Positions 48,856-61,205 of a stretch of DNA of 64,000 bases are shown here, one piece after another (the stretch's first letter is position 1; each line of letters opens with the position of its first letter). The notes beneath the pieces are model-generated. The model searched no databases and had not been told where the DNA came from. It worked only from the letters and a program-made list of their open reading frames with translations. Source of the stretch: Squalus acanthias (taxonomy: Eukaryota); NCBI GenBank assembly GCA_030390025.1, contig JASTWF010000069.1, forward strand, positions 930,001-994,000. Direction: 5' to 3'. A program made the translations under genes and the position numbers.

Positions 48856-51800
48856 AACAGGAGGAGGCACATTCAGCCCCTCGAACATGTTACACGGGAC
48901 AGGAGGAGGCCCATTCAGCCCCTCGAGCCTGTTACACAGGAAAAGGAGGAGGACCATTCCGCCCCTCGAGCCTGTTACACAGGAACAGGAGGAGGTCCAT
49001 TCAAGCCCTTGAGCCTGTTACACAGGAACAAGGGGAGGCCCATTCAGAAACCTCGAGCCTGTTACACAGGAACAGGAGGAGGCCCATTCAGCCCCTCGAG
49101 CCTGTTACACAGGAATAGGAGGAGTCCCATTCAGCCCCTCGAGCCTGTTACACAAGAACAGGAGGAGACTCATTTAGCCCCTCGAGCCTGCTCCACCATT
49201 CAATTCGATCATGGCTGATCTATACGTCAACTCCAATTGCCCGCCTTTGCTCCACATCTCTTAACACCCATAAGCAACAAAATCTAGCAATCTCAATTTC
49301 TAAAGACTTCCTGCATCCACAGCCTTTTTGGGGGAGAGAGTTCCTGATTTCCAACAGCCTTTGTGTGAAGACGTGCTTCCTGACATCACCCCTGAATGGC
49401 CTGGATCTAATTTTAAGGTTCTGCCCCCCTGTTCCGGACTCCGTTGTTTGAGATTACGATTGAGAAATAGGAAGGAAAGACATTTTACACAACAGAATGA
49501 CAGATCCTATATTCCATTTGAGATTATTTCTCCTTTTAACAACAAAAAAATATTGAAAGGCTTCCCTTTATAAACTCAAGGCCAGATTCGGTTCTCTGTT
49601 CCTGACACAATCCTCAATCTATCCTGCTCAGTTGTAGCTCAGTGTGTTCAGCACTCTCTCTTTCTCACTCTCGCCTCTGAGTCAGAAGTTTGTGGGTTCA
49701 AGGCCTCACTCCAGAGACTTGAACACATTATCCAGGCCGAGAATCATGGTGCCAGTACAGAGGGAGCGCTGCACTGTCGGAAGGGCAGTACGGAGGGAGT
49801 GCCGCACTGTCGGGGGGTCAGTACTTAGGGAGTGCCGCACTGTCGGAGGGGCAGTACTGGGGGAGTGCTTCACTGTCGGAGGGGCAGTACTGAGGGAGCG
49901 CAGCACTGTCGGAGGGGCAGTACTGGGGAGCGCCGCACTGTCGGAGGGGCATTACATTGGGAGCGCTGCACTGTCGGAGGGGCAGTACTGAGAGAGCGCC
50001 CCAATGTCGGAGGGGCAATACTGAGGGAGCGCAGTACTGTCGGAGGGGCAGTACTGGGGGAGCACCGCACTGTCAGGGGGGCAGTACTGAGGGAGCGCAG
50101 CACTGTGGGAGGGGCAGTACTGGGGGAGTGCCGCACTGTCGGAGGGGCAGTACTGGGGGAGCCCTGCACTGTTGGAGGGGCTGTACTGAGGGAGTGCCGC
50201 ACTGTCGGAGGGGAAGAACTGGGGGAGCGCCGCATTGCCGGAAGGGCAGTACTGAGGGAGCGCCGCACTATCGGAGGGGCAGAACTGAGGGAGCACCGCA
50301 CTTTGGGAGGGGAAGTACTGAGGGAGCGCCGCACTGTCAGAGGGGAAGTTCTGGGGGAGCGCCGCGCTGTCGGAAGGTCAGTACTGAGGGAGCGCCGCAC
50401 TGTCAGAGGGGCAGTACTGGGGGAACGCTGCACTGTCGGAGGGGCAGTACTGAGGGAGCGCCGCACTGTCGGAGGGGCAGTACTGAGGGAGCACCGCACT
50501 GTCGGAGGGGAAGAAATGGGGGAGCACCGCATTGCCGGAAGGGCAGTACTGAGGGAGCGCCGCACTGTCGGAGGGACAGAACTGAGGGGGCGCCGCACTA
50601 TCGGAGGGGCAGAACTGAGGGAGCACCGCACTTTGGGAGGGGAAGTACTGAGGGAGCGCCGCACTGTCAGAGGGGCAGTTCTGGGGGAGCGCCGCGCTGT
50701 CGGAAGGTCAGTACTGAGGGAGCGCCGCACTGTCAGAGGGGCAGTACTGGGGGAACGCTGCACTGTCGGAGGGGCAGTACTGAGGGAGTGCTGCACTGTC
50801 GGAGGGGCAATAATGAGGGAGCGCCGCACTGTCGGAGGGTCAGTACTGAGGAACAGGGGGAGGCCCATTCAGCCCCTCGAGGCTGTTACACAGGAACAGA
50901 TGAAGGCCCATCAGCCCCTCGAGCCTGTTACACAGGAACAGGAGGAGGTCCATTCAGCCCCCTCGAGCCTGTTACACAGGAACAGGAGGACGCCCATTCA
51001 GCCTCGTCGAGCCTGTTACACAGGAACAGGAGGAGGCCCATTCAGCCCCTCGAGCCTGTTACACATGAACAGGAGGAGGCCCATTCAGCCCCTCGAGCCT
51101 GTTACACAGTAACAGGAGGAGGCCCAGTCAGCCCCTCGAGCCTTTTACACAGGAACAGGAGGAGGTCTATTAAGAACCCTCGAGCCAGTTACACAGGAAC
51201 TGGAGGTGGCCCATTCAGCCCCTTCGAGCCTGTTACACAGGAACAGGAGTAGGCACATTCAGCCCCTCGAGTCTGTCACCATAGGAAAAGGAGGAGGCCG
51301 ATTCAGCCCCTCGAGCTTGTTACACAGGGACAGGATAAGGCCATTCAGCCCCTCGAGCATGTTACACAGGAACAGGTGGAGGCCCATTCAGCCCCCTCGA
51401 GCCTGTTACACAGGAAGAGGAGGAGGCACATTCAGCCCCTCGAGTGTGTTACCATAGGAACAGGAGGAGGCCGATTCAGCCACTCGAGCCTGTTATACAG
51501 GAACAGGAGGAGGCCATTCAGCCCCTCGAGCCTGTTACACAGGAACAGGAGGAGGCCCATTCAGCCCCCTCGAGCCTGTTACACAGGAACAGGAGGAGGT
51601 CCATTCAGCCCCTCGAGCCTGTTACACAGGAACAGGAGGAGGCCCATTCAGCCCCTCGAGCCTGTTACAGAAGAACAGGAGGAGGCCCATTCAGCCCCTC
51701 GAGCCTGTTACACAGGAACAGGAGGAGGACCATTCAGCCCCTCGAGCCTGTTACACAGGAACAGGAGGAGGCCCATTCAGCCCCTCGAGCCTGTTACACA

Positions 51801-54800
51801 GGACAGGAGGAGGCACATTCAGCCCCTCGAGCCTGTTACACAGGAACAGGAGGAGGCACATTCAGCCCCTCGAACATGTTACACGGGACAGGAGGAGGCA
51901 CATTCAGCCCGTCGAGCCTGTTACACAGGAACAGGAGGAGGCACATTCAGCCCCTCGAGCCTGTTACACAGGAAAAGGAGGAGGCCGATTCAGCCCCTCG
52001 AGCCTGTTACACAGGAACAGGAGGAGGCCATTCAGCCCCTCGAGCCTGTTACACAGGAACAGGAGGAGGCCCATTCAGCCCCTCGAGCCTGTTACACAGG
52101 AACAGGAGGAGGCACATTCAGCCCCTCGAGTCTGTTACACAGGAAAAGGAGAGGCCGATTCAGCCCCTCGAGCTGTTACACAGGAACAGGAGGAGGCCCA
52201 TTCAGCCCCTCGAGCCTGTTACACAGGAACAGGAGGAGGCACATTCAGCCCCTCGAGCCTGTTACACAGGAACAGGAGGAGGCCATTCAGCCCCTCGAGC
52301 CTGTTACACAGGAACAGGAGGAGGCCCATTCAGCCCCTCGAGCCTGTTACACAGGAACAGGAGGAGGCCCATTCAGCCCCTCGAGCCTGTTACACGGGAC
52401 AGGAGGAGGGACATTCAGCCCGTCGAGCCTGTTACACAGGAACAGGAGGAGGCCCATTCAGCCCCCTCGAGCCTGTTACACAGGAACAGGAGGAGGCCAT
52501 TCAGCCACTCGAGCCTGTTACACAGGAACAGGAGGAGGCCCATTCAGCCCCTCGAGCCTGTTACACAGGAACAGGAGGAGGCACATTCAGCCCCTCGAGC
52601 CTGTTACACAGGAACAGGAGGAGGCCCATTCAGCCCCTCGAGCCTGTTACACAGGAACAGGAGGAGGCCCATTCAGCCCCTCGAGCCTGTTACACAGGAA
52701 CAGGAGGAGGACCATTCAGCCCCTCGAGCCTGTTACACAGGAACAGGAGGAGGCCCATTCAGCCCCTCGAGCCTGTTACACAGGAACAGGAGGAGGCCCA
52801 TTCAGCCCCTCGAGCCTGTTACACAGGAACAGGAGGAGGCCCATTCAGCCCCTCGAGCCTGTTACACAGGAACAGGAGGAGGCACATTCAGCCCCTCGAG
52901 CCTGTTACACAGGAACAGGAGGAGGCACATTCAGCCCCTCGAGCCTGTTACACAGGAACAGGAGGAGGCCCATTCAGCCCCTCGAGCCTGTTACACAGGA
53001 ACAGGAGGAGGCCCATTCAGCCCCTCGAGCCTGTTACACAGGAACAGGAGGAGGCCCATTCAGCCCCTCGAGCCTGTTACACAGGAACAGGAGGAGGCCC
53101 ATTCAGCCCCTCGAGCCTGTTACACAGGAACAGGAGGAGGCCATTCAGCCCCTCGAGCCTGTTACACAGGAACAGGAGGAGGCCCATTCAGCCCCTCGAG
53201 CCTGTTACACAGGAACAGGAGGAGGCCCATTCAGCCCCTCGAGCCTGTTACACAGGAACAGGAGGAGGCCCATTCAGCCCTCGAGCCTGTTACACAGGAA
53301 CAGGAGGAGGCCCATTCAGCCCCTCGAGCCTGTTACACAGGAACAGGAGGAGTCCCATTCAGCCCCTCGAGCCTGTTACACAGGAACAGGAGGAGGCCCA
53401 TTCAGCCCCTCGAGCCTGTTACACAGGAACAGGAGGAGGTCCATTCAGCCCCTCGAGCCTGTTACACAGGAACAGGAGGAGGCCCATTCAGCCCCCTCGA
53501 GCCTGTTACACAGGAACAGGAGGAGGCCCATTCAGCCCCTCGAGACTGTTACACAGTAACAGGAGGAGTCACATTCAGCCGCTCGAGTCAGTTACCATAG
53601 GAAAATGAGGAGGCCGATACAGCCCCTCGATCCTGTTACACAGGGACAGGATGAGGCCATTCAGCCCCTCGAGCCTGTTACACAGGAACAGGAGGGGGCA
53701 CATTCAGCCCCTCGAACATGTTACACGGGACAGGAGGAGGTACATTCAGCCCGTCGAGTCTGTTACACAGGAACAGGTGGAGGCCCATTCAGCCAATCGA
53801 GCCTGTTACACAGGAACAGGAGGAGTACCATTCCGCCCCTCGAGCCTGTTACACAGGAACAGGAGGAGGCCATTCAGCCCCACGAGCCTGTTACACAGGA
53901 ACAAGGGGAGGCCCATTCAGCCCCTGGAGCCAGTTACACAAGAACAGGAGGCGGCCCATTCAGCCCCTCGAGCCTGTTACACAGGAACAGGAGGAGGCCG
54001 ATTCAGCCCCTCGAGCCTGTTACACAGGAGCAGGAGAAGGACCATTCAGCACCCTCGAGCCTGTAGCACAGGAACAGGAGAAGGCCCATTAAGCACCCTC
54101 GAGCCTGTTGCACAGGAGCAGGAGAAGGCCCATTCAGCATCCTCGAGCCTGTTACACAGAAACAAGGGGAGGCCCATTGAGCCCCTTGAGCCTGTTACAC
54201 AGGAACAGGAGGCGTCCCATTCAGCCCCTCGAGCCTGTTACACAGGAACAGGAGGAGGCCCATTCAGCCCCTCGAGCCTGTTGCACAGGAACAGGAGGAG
54301 GCCCATTCAGCCCCCTCGAGCCAGTTACACTGTAACAGGAGGAGGACATTCAGCCCCTCGAGCCTGTTACACAGGAACAGGAGGAGGCCCATTCAACCTC
54401 TCGAGCCTGTTACACAGGAACAGGAGGAGGCCCATTCAGCCCCTCGAGCCTGTTACACAGGAACAGGAGGAGGCCCATTCAGCCCCTCGTGCCTGTTACA
54501 CAGGAACAGGAGGAGGCCCATTTAGCCCCTCGAGCCTGCTCCACCATTCAATTCGATCATGGCTGATCTGTACGTCAACTCCAATTGCCCGCCTTTGCTC
54601 CACATCTCTTGACACCCTTAACCAACAAAAATCTAGCAATCTCAATTTCTAACGACTTCCTGCATCCACAGCCTTTTTGGGGAGAGAGTTCCAGATTTCC
54701 ACCACCCTTTGTGTGAAGACGTGCTTCCTGACATCAGCCCTGAGCAGCCAGATCTAATTTTAAGATTCTGCTCCCTTGTTCCGGAATCCGTTGTTAGAGA

Positions 54801-54974
54801 TTACGATTGAGAAATAGGAAGGAAAGAAATTTAACACAACATAATGACAGATCCTATATTCCATTTGAGATTATTTCTCCTTTAAAAAATAAACTAAAAT
54901 TGAAAGACTTCCCTTTATCAACTCAAGGCCAGACTGGGTTCTCTGTTCCTAACACAATCCTCAATCTATCCTGC

Positions 54975-56800
54975 GGCAGTTGTAGCTCAGTGTGTTCAGC
55001 ACTCTCTCTTTCTCACTCTCACATCTGAGTCACAAGGTTGTGGTTTCAAGGCCTCACTCCAGAGATTTGAACACATAATCCAGGCCGAGAATGATGGTGC
55101 CAGTACTGAGGGAGCGCCGCACTGTCGGAGGGGCAGTACTGAGGGAGCGCCGCAATGTCGGAGGGGCAGTACTGAGGGTGCACTGCACTGTCGGACGGGC
55201 AGTACTGAGGGTGCACTGCACTGTCGGAGGGGCAGTACTGAGGGAGCACCGCACTGTCGGAGGGGCAGTACTGAGGGTGCACTGCACTGTTGGAGGGTCA
55301 GTACTGAGGGAGTGCCGCACTGTCGGAGGGGCAGTACTGGGGGAGTGCTGCATTGTCGGAGGGGCAGTACTGAGGGAGCGCCGCACTGTCGGAGGGGCAG
55401 TACTGTGGGAGCGCCGCACTTTGGGAGGGGCAGTACTGAGGGAGCGCCGCACTGTCGGAGGGGCAGTACTGAGGGTGCACTGCACTGTCGGAGGGGCAGT
55501 ACTGAGGGAGCGCCACACTGTCGGAGGGGCAGTACTGAGGGTGCACTGCACTGTCGGAGGGTCAGTACTGAGGGAGTGCCGCACTGTCGGAGGGGCAGTA
55601 CTGGGGGAGTGCTGCACTGTCGGAGGGGCAGTACTGAGGGAGCGCAGCACTGTCGGAGGGGCAGTACTGGGGGAGCCCCTCACTGTCGGAAGGGCAGTAC
55701 TGAGGGAGCACTGCACTCTCGGAGGGTCAGTACTTGGGGAGCGCCGCAGTATCAGAGGGGCAGTACTGAGGGAGAGCTGCACTGTCGGAGGGGCAGTACT
55801 GAGGGAGCGCCGCACTGTCGGAGTGGCAATACTGAGGGAGCGCCGCACTGTCGGAGGGGCAGTACTGAGGGAGCGCCGCACTGTCACATGGTCAGTACTG
55901 AGGGAACGCCGCACTGTCGGAGGGGCAGCACTGAGGGAGCACCGCACTGTCGGAGGGGCAGTACTGAGGGAGCGCCGGACTGTCGGAGGGGCAGTACTGA
56001 GGGAGCGCCGCACTGTCAGAGGGGCAGTACTGAGGGAGCGCCGCACTGTCGGAGGGTCAGTACTGTGGGAGCGCCGCACTTTGGGAGGGGCAGTACTGAG
56101 GGAGCGCCGCACTGTCAGAGGGGCAGTACTGGGGGAGCGCCGCACTGTCGGAAGGTCAGTACTGAGGGAGCGCCGCACTGTCAGAGGGGCAGTACTGGGG
56201 GAACGGCACACTGTCGGAGGGGCAGTACTGAGGGAGAGCTGCACTGTCGGAGGGGCAGTACTGAGGGTGCGCCGCACTGTCGGAGTGGCAATACTGAGGG
56301 AGCGCCGCACTGTCGGAGGGGCAGTACTGAGGGAGCGCCGCACTGTCACAGGGTCAGTACTGAGGGAGCGCCGCACTGTCGGAGGGGCAGTACTGAGGGA
56401 GCACCGCACTGTCGGAGGGGCAGTACTGAGGGAGCGCCGCACTGTCAGAGGGGCGGTACTGAGGGAGCGCCGGACTGTCGGAGGGGCAGTGCTGAGGGAG
56501 TGCCGGACTGTCGGAGGGGCGGTACTGAGGGAGCGCCGGACTGTCGGAGGGTCAGTACTGAGGGAGTGCCGGACTGTCGGAGGGGCGGTACTGAGGGAGC
56601 GCCGGACTGTCGGAGGGTCAGTACTGAGGGAGTGCCGCACTGTCGGAGGTGCCGTCTTTCAGATGAGATGTTAAACCGATGCCCTGTCTGCTCTCTCAGG
56701 TGGACGTAAAAGATCCCAGGGCCAATATTTTGAAGAAGAGCAGGAAGAGTTCTTCCCGGTGTCCTGGGGCCAATATTTATCCCTCAACCAGCATTACTCA
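54975..56800 (+). mobile_element. Deu-domain SINE with ~1.5 kb internal 33-bp expansion (55102-56648)
   Basis: tRNA-like head (gctcagtg..ctgagtca..ggttcaag), 33-mer array, then ggtgccgtctttcagatgagatgttaaaccga..caggtggacgtaaaagatccc. Confidence 0.8.
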
Positions 56801-58784
56801 AAAGTCTCTGAGCCCACAACCTTCTGACTCAGAGGAGAGGGAGAGGGAGAGAGAGAGAGAGAGAGAGGGAGATGAAGAGAAAGAGAAAGAGCTAAACCCA
56901 CTGAGCTCCGGTGGAAACACCATGGCAACGGCTGCCCAGCTTCGAGCAGAAATATCTTCAGAGTGTCAGGACACAAAGGGTTAACAGTTTGCTTATAAGG
57001 TCGGACAAAGTGATGTTATCTCACTTGTTGCCCGCTTCCTGATTTGACTCACTGCGACACATCAACATTTAAAGTTGAATACACAGAGGGTGCAGCACAG
57101 GAAGAGGCCATTCGACCCAAGCAGTGAGTGTCGGTAACATCAAGAACAGACTGTCTGACCGTTTATCCCATCGCCGTCTGTGGGATCTTGCTGTGTGCAA
57201 TTTGGCTGCCGCGTTTCCTACATTACAACAGTGACTACACTGTCAGAAGTACTTCATTGGCTGTGAAGCGCTTTGGGACGTCCTGAGGTGGTGAAAGGTG
57301 CTGGAGAAATGCAAGTATTCTTTGTTTTTCTTTCTTAAAGCCTTGTAACTCACTGCAGAGCACCTATCATCCCACAGTGAGTCAAATTAGTCCGTGAAGA
57401 CATTGTCTCAAAGCAGTTTTGATCTCTCGAGAGCTGTCGGGCAAGAGGTGAGGTCTCATTAACTCCTTTCTCTTTCAGACCTTGAGAGTGAGAAGTTGAT
57501 GAAATATCTGGGAGCGGACAATGATCAGGAAATCTTACTTCCTCCTGTCACTTCTCCAAGGTAATATCATCGTCAGCTCGGACATATTTATGGTTAATAG
57601 TCTTTGTGAAAGATCATTCTTATTGAGCTATGATTGGGGCCAAATTCAGCAGTGACCCAGTGTCCTAACTCGCACCAAGTCCCGTTCACTCCTCAACCCT
57701 GCGCTCGCTGATCTACATTGGCTCCCGGTCCGGCAACGCCCCAAATTTAAAATCCTCATCCTCGTCTTCAAATCGCTCCATGGCCTCGCCCCCTGCCTCA
57801 CTATCTCTGTAACCTCCTCCAGCCCTGCAAGCCTCCGGGATCTCTGCGTTCCACCCATTCTGGCCTCTTGTGCCTCCCCGATTTCCATCGCTCCACCAAT
57901 GGCGGCCGTGCCTTCAGCCGTCTAGACCCTAAGCTCTGGAATTCCCTCCCTAAAACTCGGGGATGGACAAGAGGTCAGAATTGGAGGAGCGCAGAGATCC
58001 AAATTTTAGTTACAATTCGCCATGACGACAACACAGCAGCGCTTAGAATAGACAGGCAGTTCAGTCCTCACAATTACTGCCCATTCTCAGGATGATAGCA
58101 ACCATGGTAAGGGTGCACGATGTGGTTAAGATAACAAGCAAACAAGACAGGAAGTGTATAAAGGTGTCATATATACAGTTTCTCTGTTTGCCTCTGATCT
58201 GCTGTGCAGTTACATTGCATAGAATCATAGAATGATACAGCACAGAAGGAGGCCATTCTGCCCATCGTGCCTGTGCCGGCTCTTTGAAAGAGCTATCCAA
58301 TTAATCCCACTCCCCCGCTCTTCCCCCACAGCCCTGCTGAAATCATGAATATTTCAGACGAACACGGAACAAGAGGTATTTGCCACCGACGTTTAGTTTG
58401 AAGCCCAGTTCAGTTTTAACAAACACGCAGCGAGACCGCCTGTAAACGCCCCTGCACCTCCGACACATTCAGAGCTCAGGCAAGAGGAGATTCGCTCCTG
58501 TGCTTCAAAGAGTCTGCTGGAGTAGGAACAGTGCTGATCTTGGGGACAAGTCAGTCTACAATGCTGTATCGGAATCACCCTACAGCAATATTGTTGGACC
58601 TAAAATAATCCCTTAGAAAATGAGGATCCAAAGTGATTCCTTAGACAATGAGAATCCAAAGAGATTCCTCAGACAATGAAAATCCAAAGAAATTCCTTAG
58701 ACAATGAGGATCCGAAATTCGCCAAGTAGACTGAATCAGCTTAGACAATCAAGAGGGCTGAAGAGCAAACAAGAAGGTCAGGCT

Positions 58785-60309
58785 TGCTAAGGGAATTGGG
58801 GGAGGAGAGAGCGGAAGGGCTTGCCATAATTTTTCAATCTTCCCTAGATGCAGGGCAGGTGCCTGAGGATTGGAAAATGTCAAATGTGAAACCATTGTTA
58901 AAGACAGGGTGTACGGCCAATTCTACTAACTACAGGCCGGTCAGTATAACATCGTTGGTGGGTGTAGTTTTAGAAACAATAATCAAGGAAAAAATTATCG
59001 GTCACTTGGAGATGTTTAAGCTAATTAAGGAGAGCCAACACGGATTTGTAAAAGGCAGATCGTGTTTGACTAATGTAACTGAATTTTTTGCTGAAGTAAC
59101 AAGGAGGATTGATGAAGGGAATGCAATGGATGTTGTCTGCATGGATATTCGGAAGGCGTTTGACAAAGTACCACATAGAAGGCTGGTTAACAAAATTGAG
59201 GCTCATGGAATAGGTGGGTCAGTGGCAGCTTGGATAAGGAATTGGCTTAAGGACAGAAAACAGCGAGATGTGGTAAATGGCTGTTTTTCAGACTGGAGGA
59301 TGGTAGACAGTGGTGTTCCCCAAGGGTCAGTGCTGGGGCCACTGCTTTTTCTTATATCTATAAATGACCTGGATATTGGAATATAGAGTAGAATTTCTAA
59401 ATTTGCCGACGACACCAAACTTGGGGGTGTGGCAAACAGTGATGACATCAATCGACTGAAACATGATATAGAAAGGCTAGCAGAATGGGCAGACAAGTGG
59501 CAGATGGAATTTAATACAGAGAAGTGTGAGGTGATGCATTTTGGTCAGAAGGAACAGGGAGAGGCAATTTCCACTTAATGGCAGTTTTAAACCAAGTGCA
59601 GGGACAGAGGGACCTGGGAGTTAATGTGCATAGGTCCCTGAAGGTGGCGGGACATTTTGAGAGCGGGGTTAGCAAAGCATATGGGATCTTGGGCTTCAAA
59701 AATAGAGGTATTGAGTACAAAAGTAGAGAAGTTATGCTGAAGCTTTATAAAGCACTGGTTAGGCCACAACTGGAGTATTGCATCCAGTTCTGGTCACCAC
59801 ACTTTAGGAAGGATGTGAAGGCCCTTGAGAGGGTGCAGAGGAGATTTACCAGAATGGTTCCGGGGATGGGGGATCTTAGCTACAAGGACAGGTTGGAGAA
59901 GCTGGATTTGTTTTCATTAGAGCAATGGAGGTTGAGGGGAGATTTGATTGTGGTGTGCAAGATTATGACGGGTTTGGATAGGCTAGACGGGGAAAGGCTG
60001 TTCCCACTAATTGATGGCACAAGGACTAGGGGACACAGATTTAAGGTTTTGGGCAAGAGATACAGCGGATTGTGAGGAAAATCTTTTTTATGCAGCGAGT
60101 GGTGAGGACATGGAACTCGCTGCCGACGGAAGTGGTGGAAGCGGAGACACTCAATGTTTTCAAGGGGAGACTGGATAGGCACTTGAGGGAAATAACCTTG
60201 CAGGGCTACGGGGATAGAGCGGGAGAATGGGACTGACTGGATTGCTCTACAGAGAGCTGGCACGGACTCAGTGGGCCGAATGGCCGCCTTCTGTGCCGTA
60301 TGACTCTAT
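58785..60309 (+). mobile_element. CR1 LINE in intron 1 of copy B
   Basis: RT ORFs 58784-59386 and 59578-60075; tail ends gactctat. Confidence 0.9.
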
Positions 60310-61205
60310 GGGGGAGAAATTCAGTATCACCCCATTTGGGGCGCAATTATTGGCCGGGCGCAAAGATTAGCGCCTGGCGCTAATTATCGCCACCGACTGC
60401 AAACTTGACTTTTATCGCCCCTGGAGGTGATTGGAGTGCTAAATCAGGCAGTTCACACCTGTCTTAAGGCGCAAAGGCCGAGAGGCGAGGCACTACTTCA
60501 GAGTGCTGGCGAAGCTCATGTGATGTCAGTCAGCAATGGAACACACACACAAAGGCACGGGCCTGTTCTTAAAGGGGATGGTTGATCTTGCTTTCCAGCC
60601 ACATCCTGCTCATTGCAGCCTTGAATCTCGGCCTGGAGAGACCTGCACATCAAATCTGCTGGAAAGAACAATGGAGAGTACCAGGCAAAGAGCTCAGAGT
60701 GCAGCCCCCACAGTCTCTTCTAAATCGATACAAGGAAGTTCAAATCAAAATGAACCTGCAAAGTGCTGCTCAGTACCCAAAACTCCTTCACACAGCGTTG
60801 AATCTCTCCAGAAGTCTCTCTCCCTCTCTCTCAGAATGCGTGGTTCAAAAATGGCACCAACAATAAAAGGCAGGAAGCGGTCGCCTTTAAATAGCGCTCA
60901 CCCAGTCCCTTCCTGACTGCAAACGGCTCCCCTCAACCTGTCGTTGCTAGCGGCAGGCTGTAAGGCAGGGGGCGCCACTCAATATCCGCTCCGGGGCGCT
61001 ACCGGGGCGCTGCGCACTCGACTGACGTCACGATCTGCCGGCGCAGGAGAACTACGTGGCGGTAGTGTTTAGCGCCGCCGCAAAATTTCTAGTTAATTTC
61101 GCGAGCGGCGCAAACATCGCCGCGCCTGGGCGCTCGATGATTGGCGCCCCATTAGCGCCCTCTTAAGGCGCTAATGGGAGACGCAACCAACTGAATTTTT
61201 CCCCC
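60310..61205. mobile_element. non-autonomous Harbinger-type element (896 bp)
   Basis: 16-bp TIRs gggggagaaattcagt / actgaatttttccccc (1 mismatch); 3-bp target duplication tat; empty site present in the left arm (~21578). Confidence 0.85.

Larger units (their letters stand above)
39514..56800. repeat. higher-order composite repeat: [43-bp array]-[~565-bp spacer: CR1 3' fragment, unique sequence, SINE tRNA head]-[33-bp array], 5 spacer copies
   Basis: spacer starts at ~39568, 43469, 44999, 49191, 54539; 43-mer is in the opposite orientation to 27905-34244. Confidence 0.9.

Noticed and set aside
46146-53600. long ORFs of 600-727 aa (EPVTQEQEEAHSAPRACYTGTGGG...)
   Set aside because: translations of the 43-bp minisatellite, open in several frames; no sign of a real gene
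55054-56709. 465-528 aa ORFs on both strands ([11 protein letters not shown] / [11 protein letters not shown]), mucin-like in appearance
   Set aside because: 33-bp SINE-internal repeat with no stops in several frames
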